Below are positions 51,163-63,774 of a stretch of 64,000 nucleotides of DNA, in pieces. The stretch's first letter is position 1; every line of letters starts with the position of its first letter. A program made the translations under genes and the position numbers. This DNA comes from Octopus vulgaris. Lineage: Eukaryota. Location: positions 49,910,001 to 49,974,000 of the forward strand of contig OX597829.1 in assembly GCA_951406725.2 (NCBI GenBank). The letters run 5' to 3'. The notes under the pieces were generated by a model. That model was not told the origin of the DNA, did no database searches, and saw only the letters and a list, made by a program, of their open reading frames with translations.

Positions 51163-53229
51163 CATGTCAAAAAACAAAAGGAAATGGAATGATGATTATG
51201 TGCGTTTTGGTTTTGCTTGCATGGGAAAAACAGGATTTACAAAAGCCACAGTGCATGATTTGTGAAACTGTGTTTTCTAACGCAAATTTGAAGCCGTCTA
51301 AGCTGCCAGAACACTTCAACAACTGGCGTAGTGGAACCATGATGCTGAATAGTCGAAAGCTAGAAGAGCCTTTTTGATTCTCGAGTAACATTTCCAAACT
51401 TAGGTTTTGTGTCTGTTGACAAACCACAGCTGATGGCTTCATACCAATAGCCAAATCCAAGAAGCCCCATACAATTGCAGAAGAGCTTATCAAACCATGT
51501 ACATTAGAAATGGCAACAAATGGTCTGGGAAAAGAAGCAAAAAAGAAGCAGGAAATAAGGTTATAATAATGTTGTTCAGAGCCGAATTGGTGATTTGAGT
51601 TCAGATATTTTGGATCAAGTTATCCCATATGTCAAGTTTAGTCTCTTGAAAATCTATCTTCAGTTGGTTAAAACAACTGATGTTTCAAGTTGCTATCAAA
51701 TCTTAGCATTAGAGAGGTATGTCTATGATGGTGCTGTAAAGGAAAATTTCCTTTTCTGTGAAGATCTCAAAACACCCGTGGAAGGAGAAGATGTGTTCCA
51801 GTTTATGAAAAACTTCTTTGCAAAGCATGATTTAACTATCCAGATTATTGGTTCTGTGTGTACTGATGGTGCCCCTGCTATGCTAAGGAAATAAATCTGG
51901 ATTTTTTTGCACTGATGAAGCAGGAGATACTGCACTTGCAAGGCACCCACTGTATTTTTCATTGTCATGCTTTGGTATCAAAAACATTGCCTCCAAAGTT
52001 GAAGAAAGTTCTCGACACTTCTGTAAAGACCATCAACTGGATCAGAGGTCATGCTCTGAACAACCGCCTCTTTAAGTCGATTTGTTAAGATCTTGGAAAC
52101 GAACGTACAGTTTTGCTTTTCCGCAAAGAAGTCTGCTGGCTTTCATGTGGGAGAGCTTTAACTCGCTTCTTCGAACTACGAGAAGAAATCAAGTCTTTCC
52201 TGGAGGAACATGACTATGGTTTGCTTCCAGAGTTGTAATCACAAGATTTCAATCAAATGCTAGCTTATTTGACAGACATTTTCACTTGTATAAATGCTCT
52301 GAGTCTGTCTCTTCAAGGAAAAAAGATAAATATATTGAAATGCTGTGAAGAGCTAAATGAAAAATTAGCTCAACAAGTGAAAAGAGTGAATCTATCAAAT
52401 TTTCCATCACTTGAAGAAATAATCAATAATAATAAATCTATAATTCCTAGTATGCATGAAGAAATTGTAGATCATTTGGGAATGTTGTGAAAGTTGTTTG
52501 ATGGATATTTTGCAGCAGGAAAACTGGAAACTTCTGAAGAATGGATTATGAATCCACACTGGATAATATGAATAATATGTCAAATGATGGGGAGCAGGAA
52601 AAGGATCTTAAAGTGACTGCATGCAAATCATGTTCTTGAAATGCAATTTGAAAGCAAGACTTTGGAAGAGTATTGGTGCTGGGCTATGGATATGTTTCCA
52701 AGACATTGTGAAAAAGCACCAGTTGCACTCATCCATTTGCAACAACGTTCTTATGTGAGCCTAGATTTAGTACTCTTTTGTCAATCAGGACAAAATCTAC
52801 AAATCATTTCACTGCACAGGCAAACATGTGGATTACTATCAGCAACATAATGCCACACTTTGAAGAACTCATCACCAAGAATCAGGAACAAAAGATTCAT
52901 TAGACTTAAATTTCATTCATGAACATTTGAGCGTTAGTTCTTTTGATTTTCTATTTTAAAAAGATAAAATTTATTTTAATTTGTTATAATTTGTTGAGTT
53001 CTTTCGATTTTCTATTTTGTAAAAATAAAATGTTATAATAAAATTTATTTTAATTTGTTATAATTTGTTTAGTTTGTATAAAAAATTAAATAATATAAAA
53101 TATGTTGCTCAAATTTAGTGCAAGTTCACCCTCATTATTGTTAAATAAATTATTAATTTTTTAAGGGGTGCAAAGACATTGTAAAAAATATTTTAGGAAT
53201 ATGAGCATAACAAAGGTTGTGAACCACTA
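51163..53229 (+). pseudogene. Decayed hAT Buster/Charlie-type transposase (BED finger, catalytic core, hATC) with right TIR
   Basis: KPQCMICETVFSNANLKPSKL, KPHTIAEELIKPC, VCTDGAPAM, LAYLTDIF; right end ggttgtgaaccacta. Many stops. Confidence 0.92.
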
Positions 53230-53239
53230 TGTAAAGGTT

Positions 53240-53850
53240 ATTAGACATGGACATTATGAAAACCAAGTTCCTCCAAACTTTAATAGTCTTTTGCTGTGAC
53301 ATCCTGTTACCCCTTATCTTTGAAAAGAGACTTAAGCTCAATTCAGATGGCTATGCGAAGCTGTGGTAGTCTGTGGTCAAACTTTGGTTGGAGAGGGTTA
53401 CCACTGGAAAGTCATATGTGTGGCATAGGATTTGGTTCCTTGCCTTAAGTCTGGAAAGAGTCAGAAGTAGTTGTTGGAGAATTTCTATAACTTCACCAGT
53501 CCCAACTTTTGGTCAACTAATTCCTCTGATTGAATTCGCATAGGTTATTATGTGTGGAGTGTGGTTGAGAAAGACACCAACCATTCTGCCTGTGACATCA
53601 AAGCTGAGCTGATGGCCAAGATCAAGAAGGTACTAGAAGAGCTGCTTCCCAGGGGTACAATGAGGAATGCATGGCATGGCTTCCAGGGCCATCTTGAGGA
53701 CATGCTAGAAGCTGAGAGTGGCTATTTTGAGTAAACTGTACCTCCCAGCCATAATCTAGCAGATATTTTTTGATTTTTTATAATACTTTTATTTTTGGAT
53801 GGAATGATGTGTTTTCTTTTTCCTTTACACAAATTGCCAAATTTAACCCA
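53240..53850 (+). mobile_element. Tc1/mariner (DD37D-like) transposase relic
   Basis: Degenerate YVW..D...C and W..NSSD...YYVW; ends LEAESGYFE*. Confidence 0.75.
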
Positions 53851-54165
53851 AACATTCTGCATGCATGCATGTATGTATGTATGTATGTATGTATGTATGT
53901 ATGTATGTATGTATATATGTATGTATGTATTTTATGTATGTATGTATGTATGTATGTATGTATGTATGTATGTATGTATGCATGTATGTATGTCACACTC
54001 TAAGATATAGAGCAGTATGTTTTAAAAATGGGGAGGGTCGGTTTATGGGATTACTTTAGGTTTCCTGTCCATAAAAGGTTTAGTTTATGGCATATTGTCA
54101 GATCCCATAAACCAGCCTTTCCCATTTTATATATATATATATATATGTATAAATATATATATATA

Positions 54166-54485
54166 TCAAAATAAGCAACAAGGATATCCAGAGATAATGC
54201 AGTACGATCATTTTCATGCAATTCCATTTAATTGAACAACACAACAATTACATCAATTTAAATGCAGAGCAATCCTCAGCTGCATAAAGACATAGAATTT
54301 AATTAAGTTAAAACAGATGGACACATTAGAATAATTTTACCTAAAATCTCCAAGAAGTTAAGGTGATAGACAAAGAACATGCTGCCTTCACTTCAGCTTA
54401 GATTGCTTTACATTTAAATTGATGTAATGGTTGCATTGTTCGATCGTACCGCATTACCTCTGGATATCCCTGTTGCTTATTTTGA
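54166..54485. repeat. Nested inverted repeat (Penelope-like fold-back) beside (TA)n
   Basis: tcaaaataagcaacaaggatatccagagataatgcagtacgatc versus gatcgtaccgcattacctctggatatccctgttgcttattttga; inner arms attacatcaatttaaatg / catttaaattgatgtaat. Confidence 0.85.
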
Positions 54486-54583
54486 TTTTAATCACCTTAT
54501 TTTGAAATTGTATGGATAATTACCGTACCAAATTCTGGTGCCTCAACTTAAGCACCATATTCATCTGAATCTATATATAAATT

Positions 54584-54619
<36 letters not shown>

Positions 54620-55493
54620 TGTCTGTGTGTGCGTGTGTGTATGTGTGAATGTGTGTGTATGTTTGTATGTGTGTGTGTGTGTGCATGTGTGCGTATGTGT
54701 GTGGTGTGTGCTTCAGCTATGCAAGTCATGCAGTGCATAGCCATTTATTTTTTTTATATAAAACAAAAATAAATTTAATAATGTAATTTATTTGTAACAA
54801 TGTCAAAAAAATGAAAATGAAACTGGCTTGTTATTAATTTGTTTTGGAGAAGACCATCAGGTGCAATATGAACAAAGCATTACTCAGATCATTGAAAACA
54901 GCTTTATTCTGACCTCATTTCGTTCCCAGCCCATTCGAAATAGCTTTGAAGTCAACCAAAGTTAAAAATGCATGAAGGTTCTTGTCTTGGGCCTCCTTTC
55001 TCTGTCTGTGAATATCTCTCCCTGTCTCTATCTTTATACTTGTACATTATTTAATCTTTAAGCTTAATGTCAGTAACCACCCCTTGTTCAAGAAAAATTA
55101 CAAAAATTCTTATATGGAGCTGAGTGCTTCACAGTTCCAGCGATGCGGTGTTTGGCAGTTGTGCGCATGTGCACACATGACTGAGGCAAGAACCTGCATA
55201 CTGGTTAGAGAGAACACTACTGCTCATGCAGTGCCAACCCTGTCATCTGAGTATAAAGTAGTATATATTTTGACTCAGCTCGTGTTGTGCTTGAAAATTG
55301 ACTACCATATTCTTGAATGTGACCAACTGTAGATGTGTACCCCAACTCAGTTGAAGGGGACCTTAATTATGTGAGTTCTGTGCCAACTTCACTAGTGCTG
55401 GTGGCATAAGAGAAGCACCCAATACATGCTACAAAGTTATTGGCTTTAGCAAGGGCATTCAGCTGTAATGAAATGATTCAATGCATATATGTA

Positions 55494-55536
<43 letters not shown>

Positions 55537-55552
55537 ATATATAATATATATG

Positions 55553-55584
<32 letters not shown>

Positions 55585-55655
55585 CCAGAGTAAACACATA
55601 AATGTGAAACAAAATGGAAAAAAGAGTACTCAAATACCAGTGGTAGAGTAATATG

Positions 55656-55699
55656 CTTTATTTAAAGCAGCAGAAAATTTTCTGCTGCTTTAAATAAAG
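55656..55699. repeat. Perfect 44-bp palindrome
   Basis: ctttatttaaagcagcagaaaa|ttttctgctgctttaaataaag. Confidence 0.95.
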
Positions 55700-55703
55700 T
55701 ATT

Positions 55704-55745
<42 letters not shown>

Positions 55746-55824
55746 AGGTCCCAGGTTGAGTCGGGTTTAACCACAGTAAATAAGGTACTCAATACATGGC
55801 AAAGTAAATTAATTTATTTTATAG

Positions 55825-55924
55825 GAGCTTCTACAGGACTAGAACTGTTTCATTCAAATGAAATCATCAGGAAGCTTCCTGATGATTTCATTTGAATGAA
55901 ACAGTTCTAGTCCTGTAGAAGCTC
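55825..55924. repeat. Perfect 100-bp palindrome with a hammerhead-like core in each arm
   Basis: Centre aag|ctt at 55874/55875; each strand reads CTGATGA-tttcatttgaat-GAAAC. Confidence 0.95.
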
Positions 55925-55944
55925 TTTCTATAAAATAAAATAAA

Positions 55945-56003
<59 letters not shown>

Positions 56004-56359
56004 CATATATATTATTCATAAACACACACATATGTATAGGGTGCAGTGAATAGCTACTCTATTGAATTCATAGATTTTTGGGGCTGTTTTATTGCATAGA
56101 ATATTTAGATGATTTAACCATGACTGCCTTGCATCCCCAAGAACTATGTCCTGTGACATGAAGTGAACTTCAACAGCTTTAGTTTACACAGTTGTCTCTC
56201 CACGAGAAAGCTACAGTTGAGAAAAGAGGCCGTTCAAATATCTTAATATTCAAATATCTCAGAGCCAGGAATGAGCAACAACAAGAGGTACATACATGGC
56301 ATTAAATCTGAATGGTATCAATGAAAATGTTGGCTCTGTGGCTGTGAAATCAAAAAAAT

Positions 56360-56660
56360 GTGGAAGCACATGGCCTAGTGGTTAGAGCAGCGGACTCACG
56401 GTCAAGGGATCACAGGTTTGAATCTCAGACGGGGCGATGTGGGTGTTTATGAACGAAACACCTAAGCTCCACACGGCTTCGGTAGAAGGTAATGGCAAAC
56501 CTCTGCTGACTTTTATGCCACAACTTTCTCTCACTCTTTCCTCCTGCATCTTGCAGCTCACCTGTGATGGACCGGTGTCCCATCCAGGTGTGGAACCTAT
56601 ACGCCAAGGAAACCGGGAAATCGGCCCTTATGAGCCAGGGATGGCTCGAGAAGGAACAAA
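56360..56660 (+). mobile_element. SINE family C
   Basis: Matches the 29184 copy. Confidence 0.9.
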
Positions 56661-57313
56661 TTGAAAAATGCATTGTTTTGCTCCCTGCGCTTCTTGTTTA
56701 GAGGTGATATAATGTGGACAAAAACAGCGATAACATCTACTGCAGGTAAAACCATTTAATACAACCGAGAGAGAGAAGTGATGCCTCTCATGCACTTTTT
56801 TTATATTCTCTCTAATGTTTCTCCACAAGGCTGAAATTACAAGCTTCAGCAATTGGCACCATTTATTGCACCACAAGGCCTTCTCCTCCCAGAGATACAG
56901 GAGTTCTTCTTAAGTCTCTTCAGCATATATCCATATCACAATATCTGGCCACCATGGCTCTGCCTGCCCTGATGCAGTTCAGTATAGAAAATTGTCTTTG
57001 AGAACCTGTCAGGTTCTCAAAGACAATCCTGCAAACTTATCCTGCCCAGCACTGATGCAATGAGGTAATGAGGGCCTTCACAGTTACTGTGCTAGCACGG
57101 TGCAGGATCTCTGCATCAGGAACACGATCCTGCAATCTGATATGCAAGATGGAATGCAGATGAAAAAAGTTGGGATCCTGTCAGGGCCTTGACATGAGTT
57201 CAGGTTGCACAGTGGCACTGTACATCTTTGACATCATGGCAACTCCCCAGCAAGAATAATCAACATTCGACCTATGACAGACAGCAGAAGCAGCAACAGA
57301 AGGTGAAAAGGTG

Positions 57314-57420
57314 AAGAAGAAGGAGGAGAAGAAGAAGAAGAAGAAGAAGAAGAAGAAGAAGAAGAAGAAGAAGAAGAAGAAGAAGAAGAAGAAGAAGAAG
57401 AAGAAGAAGAAGAAGAAGAA
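57314..57420. repeat. (GAA)n microsatellite
   Basis: Directly visible. Confidence 0.98.
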
Positions 57421-57852
57421 ACAGCATATATGTGGGTAATCTTGTAGCTCCTCTACAGCAACAAACCTGCTGTGGTTTGCCGAACCCCACTTCTCTCTTT
57501 AACCCCTCATCCCAAGGCATAAAGTTGCCTCCCCATTTTGTGTACCCCAACTCAGTTGGACGGGGACCTTAATCATGTTAGTTCTGTGCCAACTTCACTA
57601 GTGCTGGTGGCGTAAGAGAAGCACCCAATACATGCTACAAAGTTATTGGCTTTAGGAAGGGCATTCAGCTGTAATGAAATGATTCAATGCATATATGTAT
57701 GTTTGTGTGTGTGTGTATGTTTATATATATATATATGTATGCATATATATTATATATAAGCACAATATATATATATATGTATGTATGTATGTATGTATGC
57801 ATATATATTATATATAAACACACACACACATACACACACACATAGATATATG

Positions 57853-58705
57853 TAGGGTGCAGTGAATAGACTGTCATCTAAATTATGCAGAAATGAAAAT
57901 AACACTGACATCTCATTATAACAGATATAATTTACCAAAATTAAATTTAAAATATCTTGAAATATTAAAGAGTAAATTTATTCAATGAAATCCCCATTGG
58001 CTTCAATCACAGCCTCCACATGATTTTGGATTCTCCTGCAACTCTTCTGGACACTCTCTTTGTTTAATTTGGTGAATGCTGCCATAATTCTTGCCTTCAG
58101 TTCATCTTTGGTGTCACAAGGAGTTTTGCTGGTCTCTTCCTTAAACTGCATCTCACACATAATAATCAAAGGGGTTGCAGTCTGGGGGCGGGTAAGGTGG
58201 CCAGATGTTAGGTGTGATGTGGTTGCAGAAATTGTCTGACAGTCATGACTGGGTTCTCTTGCTTGTGTGGCATGGTGCAGAGTCCTGTTACCAGACACAG
58301 GGTCTTCCAACAATCATCCTCTTGATCCAGGGCAGCACTACCGCCTTCAGGCACTTGAAGTAGGCCACCATGTTGAGTTTGAGGCCATGTGGGAAGATGA
58401 ATGGAGGCATAATGTCGCCATCACTAGCGATCACTCAAAACACCATAATGTTGACTGGATGTTTGATTTTTATTACTCACAGTACATGTCCTCAGACTGC
58501 ACCGTCCTCTGATTGACACTCTGAAATGTTCATATTGGAGCATGTCGTTTCCAAATTTATGGCAGAGTCAAATGCATCATGGTGCTCTTTTTCTCATAGA
58601 TGGTGCCCAATTGACCCTACTATACTGTTTAGTCATCAAAAATAAACAGTGTGCATGTGCGAAATTAAAAATATAAAATGGTCACAATTTACCCATTGCA
58701 CCCTG
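57853..58705 (-). mobile_element. Internally deleted Tc1/mariner element
   Basis: Imperfect TIR agggtgcagtgaatagactgtcatc / ggtcacaatttacccattgcaccctg; C-terminal ...DELKARI...VIEANGDFIE*. Confidence 0.82.
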
Positions 58706-58969
58706 AATATACATACATACACATATATATATACATATATTGCCTGTGCCACATAAAAGTGCTTGTGTAGTTCCATGTAAAAGTACCCAGTGCATTCTGT
58801 AAAGTGGTTGGCATTAGGAAAGGTATTTAGCCATAGAAACCAAGCCAAATCAAACTGGAGCCTGGTGCTGCTCTCCAGATTGTCAGCTCTTAACAAACTG
58901 TCCAACTCATGCCAGCATAGGCAATGGATGTTAAGTGATGATGATATACATGTATACAGATAGCTAGCT

Positions 58970-59014
58970 AGCTAGATAGATAGATAGATAAGTAGATAGA
59001 TAGATAGATAGATC

Positions 59015-59101
<87 letters not shown>
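58970..59101. repeat. (GATA)n microsatellite
   Basis: Directly visible. Confidence 0.98.
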
Positions 59102-59103
<2 letters not shown>

Positions 59104-59439
59104 ATATATATATATATAGAGAGAGAGAGGCATAGGTATATATTATTTGCAAGAATTTTGATTTGAAACCACTTGAAGCTAATAAGATCATATTTTAAAA
59201 GAGTCATATTAAAATACACAAACACACTCATCATTTTTTGTCTCATGTTTAAATTATATTTTCCCATAAACTTTTCATTGTACCATTCCTGTGACCTTCT
59301 CAATAATTTTAGATTTTCAAAGGAATTTCATTTACCATCTCTTATTTTTCTTGTGTACTAAGTTATGTTCCAAACGCATGGCAAGAGTGCGGGAACTGTC
59401 ATCAAGTAATGGTTTTGGTTTATATTTATTTATTTAACA

Positions 59440-59845
59440 TAGGCGCAGGAGTGGCTGTGTGGTAAGTAGCTTGCTTACCAACCACATGGTTCCGGGTTCA
59501 GTCCCACTGCGTGGCACCTTGGGCAAGTGTCTTCTACTATAGCCTCGGGCCGACCAAAGCCTTGTGAGTGGATTTGGTAGACGGAAACTGAAAGAAGCCC
59601 GTCGTATATATGTATATATATATATATATGTGCGTGTATGTTTGTGTGTCTGTGTTTGTCCCCCTAGCATTGCTTGACAACCGATGCTGGTGTGTTTACG
59701 TTCCCGTCACTTAGCGGTTCGGCAAAAGAGACCGTTAGAATAAGTACTGGGCTTACAAAGAATAAGTCCCGGGGTCGAGTTGCTTGATTAAAAGGCGGTG
59801 CTCCAGCATGGCCGCAGTCAAATGACTGAAACAAGTAAAAGAGTA
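59440..59845 (+). mobile_element. Full-length young SINE A
   Basis: Highly similar to the 39409 and 62127 copies. Confidence 0.95.
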
Positions 59846-60379
59846 TACTTTTTATTTTTTGTCACTGCCAATATAGAAACACATGAGTTTACTGTATTTT
59901 CACGTAATCATATTTTTAATCTTGTATTATTGAGGTATCAAGTGGTAGTTAAGTATTGCCACATTATTTAGTCTTTCTACCAAGTGTTCATGAACGGTTA
60001 ATATCCCCACTCAGATTTATAAATCATCCACAAACTATCTAATTCTTAGATCTCTTGGATGTGTGGAAAGGAGTTTTACTTCAAGAATTTTTATCGATCC
60101 ATTCTCTTTCTGTATGCCATATTGAAAAAGTATAGATGGCTAAATACCTTTCCTAATGCAAACCACTTTACAGAATGTGCTGGGTACTTTTACATGGCAC
60201 TAAACAAGCAATTTTATGTGGCACCGGCAATATATGTGTATGTATGTATATTCAGGGTGCAATGGGTAAATTGTGACCATTTTATATTTTTAATTTCACG
60301 CATGCATACTGTTTATTGTTGATGATTAAACAGTATAGTAGGGTCAGCTGGGCACCATGATTCAATTCACTCTGCCATA

Positions 60380-60500
60380 ATCTCCAGGGATACAGGCATC
60401 CAGCAACAGGACCTCCGTAATGCCATGATGGACCGTGAAGTCTGGCGTAGCATGGTAAATTCCATTGTCTCGACCACGGTCGAACAATGATGATGATGAT
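60380..60500 (+). mobile_element. 3' tip of another RTE-like family with (GAT)n tail
   Basis: ISRDTGIQQQDLRNAMMDREVWRSMV followed by gatgatgat. Confidence 0.7.
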
Positions 60501-60570
60501 GCATCTTTCCCATGTATTTTTGTGAAAGTTCTGTAATCCTTCCACCTACAACATTAGGGGCTGTTTCTCC

Positions 60571-60791
60571 TATGAGGGAGAGTAGAAAAGTTCCTGGCTT
60601 TGGGTAAAAGAAAATACAGGTTAATAAGTAAATTATGTTTCTATTCAGCATATTCCCCTCTCAGATTCACATACTTATTGCAGTGGTCCTTCAGTTTTTC
60701 TATGCCCTGTCAAAAAACTCAGAAGGTTGATCCTCCAACCAGGTCTTTCATGATACCCTTAAAGCCAGGAACTTTTCAGTACCATCTCGTA
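60571..60791. mobile_element. Mariner-type MITE
   Basis: Inverted ends tatgagggagagtagaaaagttcctggcttt / aaagccaggaacttttcagtaccatctcgta. Confidence 0.8.
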
Positions 60792-60946
60792 GATTAATCA
60801 GCCGAAATTGCAAGGATGATCCGGTTCTTGACTGAAGATTAGAGGCTTCGAATGACCCGTCCGTTTTTGTGTCGTCTATTTGAGTGTTTTGCGTTCTTGT
60901 CCCATTTTGTATTTTTTTATATATATTTTTTATACATATATATATA

Positions 60947-61026
60947 TACGGTCAAGTGAATAAACATCTTTTAAAATTGCATTTTCAAACCTTCTGTCAC
61001 ACACACCTATAAACACACACACACAC

Positions 61027-61062
<36 letters not shown>

Positions 61063-61572
61063 AGCAAAGTGAAGTTGTAAGGTACCGCACGAGTGGAATT
61101 ATATATGAAAGAAGGTTTGAAAATGCAATTTTAAAATATGTTTATTCACTTGATCGGTTTCACTTTTTTAGAAAAAGATTGTCAAAAGTAACATGTAAAA
61201 GCTTTGTTGTGTTAGGTACTGGTTGTCACAAAATATTACAATACATATAAACATTCTTTGATGATAATAAGAACATGTTAAAAAAATTTTTTGAGAAATT
61301 ACAGAAAAAATTTTTCTGTAAATTATTTTAACATGTTCTTCTTCTTCTTCTTCTTCTTCTTCTTTTTTCTTAATTATTATTATTATTATTATTCTTCTTC
61401 TTCTTATTATTATTATTATTATCAAAGAATGTATATATGTATTGTAATATTTTGTGACCAGTAGTACATAACACAACAAAGCTTTTACATTTTATTTTTG
61501 ACAATCTTTTTCTAAAAAAGTGAAACCGGTCAAGTGAATAAACATCTTTTAAAATTTCTTTTTCAAACCTTC

Positions 61573-61582
<10 letters not shown>
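60947..61582. repeat. Multi-level fold-back structure
   Basis: About 61101-61248 is inverted at about 61432-61582; 60949-60994 is inverted at about 61110-61156; inner hairpin at 61270-61340. Confidence 0.88.
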
Positions 61583-61617
<35 letters not shown>

Positions 61618-61739
61618 TGTTAATAATATCATGAAATAAATATCAGAAAATTCTTCAGAAAGATATATACATGTGTAGAATAATTGTTGTATTAAAAATA
61701 TAAATATATATAAATATGTATAAGTATAAATATATAATA

Positions 61740-62287
61740 ATAAATATTTAAAAGTTTTGAATTAAGTTTTCAAAGCATCTTACAATCATTTCACAGAAGT
61801 GTTATCAATTAAAATATCCTTCTCTACAACACCCAAACATAGGATCTATTATCACCTGTTCTAACAAAAGAAAAATTAACAAATATAAAAACAGCTGCAA
61901 TAATAATAACAATAACAACAATAATAACAAGATAATAAGTAGCAATAGGAGTATATATAATTCTCAAAATACTGGAACACCTAACAATAATATTGATATA
62001 ACAAAACCCCAGCAAAATTCTAACTACCATTGAAAATATACAAAATGAAAATAATTGAAAATATACAAAATGCCTTAAATAATACAACACCACAAGCTAA
62101 TAAAAATAAAAATAATAATTCACAAACAGGAGTGGCTGTGTGGTAAGTAGCTTGCTTACCAACCACATGGTTCCGGGTTCAGTCCCACTGAGTGGCACCT
62201 TGGGCAAGTGTCTTCTGCTATAGCCTCGGGCCGACCAAAGCCTTGTGAGTGGATTTGGTAGACGGAAACTGAAAGAAGCCTGTCGTA

Positions 62288-62342
<55 letters not shown>

Positions 62343-63120
62343 TTTTGTGTGTTTGTGTGTCTGTCTTTGTCCCTCTAGCATTGCTTGACAACTGATGCTG
62401 GTGTGTTTACGTCCCCGTCACTTAGCGGTTCGGCAAAAGAGACCGATAGAATAAGTACTGGGCTTACAAAAGAATAAGTCCCGGGGTCGATTTGCTTGAC
62501 TAAAGGCGGTGCTCCAGCATGGCCGCAGTCAAATGACTGAAACAAGTAAAAGAGTAAAAGAGTAAAAGAGTAAACAATAAATGTATCTAACTCTACGATA
62601 AATAATACTACAATAAATTCAATAATTATACCATACAACACAAATAATCATAACAATAGTAGGCACTACTCATCTGAACAGAAATATAAAAATAAAAATA
62701 AAAACTGCTCATGTAAAACTAAAGAATTATGCCCATTAAAATGCAATTGTAGATTTAATGTAATATACAAATGCATAGTTACACTAAGTAATAATTCCCA
62801 TAGTATATACATATAGGGAGTTCCGTTAATTTTAAACAAAGATTTTTAGCACACATACACTCCTTTAAGCTGAATATAGCTATTAAAACCACGTCATTAG
62901 CTACATATATACATAAACTTAAGAAAAACAAAGTTAACTATAGATTAGATTGATCAATAATAGATTCAGCCACACCATACACACAGAAATCTAATAGTTG
63001 CCGTCTTTGTATGAAGGAATCACTGTATATATTATTATATAAGCATAGGAACTTAATAAATTGTCAATCAGAAGCGCTTTCAACTTGTAGGCATAGGTTT
63101 TATAAAACCTTTAATTATTA
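61740..63120 (+). pseudogene. Second Penelope-like element (Cys-rich linker plus GIY-YIG), split by a SINE
   Basis: IKISFSTTP; CSCKTKELCPLKCNC; NVIYKC...IYI/IGSS (2-bp slip), FKQRF..H..SF, TSLATYIHKLK, CRLCMKE, STCRHR. Absent from the ORF track. Confidence 0.88.
62127..62572 (+). mobile_element. SINE A inserted in the Penelope-like linker
   Basis: Matches the family A sequence, with (gtaaaaga)n tail. Confidence 0.95.
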
Positions 63121-63774
63121 TAGGAGATAATAATAGGAGATTTAGATTAGCAACTATATATATAGGGTTATTTTTTATTCTTTATCTTGTGATATCAAAA
63201 TATAAGGTGATACTTACAAATAGATTGATAGATAAATTAATTAGAATTATTTGACTATACATACATTTACATGACATAAATTATACATTAAATAAATATT
63301 GAATAGGTATTTTTAGAATTAGAACCCTTGCACATCTAATCTATAACAAATGGACAGTTACAATTGCATTAAGTTTTAAAATTTTTAAATTTAAATTGGC
63401 ATCTTCCAATTACACAAATATAAAAGAAATACTTTGATCAATTTATAATTATATAATTTCACATACAGTTTATATTATCTAAATCTATGAACTATATTTG
63501 GAATACAGGACAATATATTGGATTTTAGACATAATTATTATGGATTAATCCAGAAGACTTACCAAGGAGGCATATATGGATTTCAAGATTCTCATACTAA
63601 AGTATATTTACCAAAATCAAAAGCAGTAATTTTTAATTTATATTTAAAAAAACACCATATTACTTCATATTTAAAAACAAAAAACTACCATTCAAAAAAT
63701 TATACAAATTTCACATTTCATATTTCTGAGGAGCAGATGTGTTGTCTATAAATGCTTATCAATATAGGATTCCA

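Noticed and set aside
51163-52900. Domesticated ZBED/SCAND3-like gene
   Set aside because: Many stops and frameshifts, with a retained TIR; a dead transposon copy.
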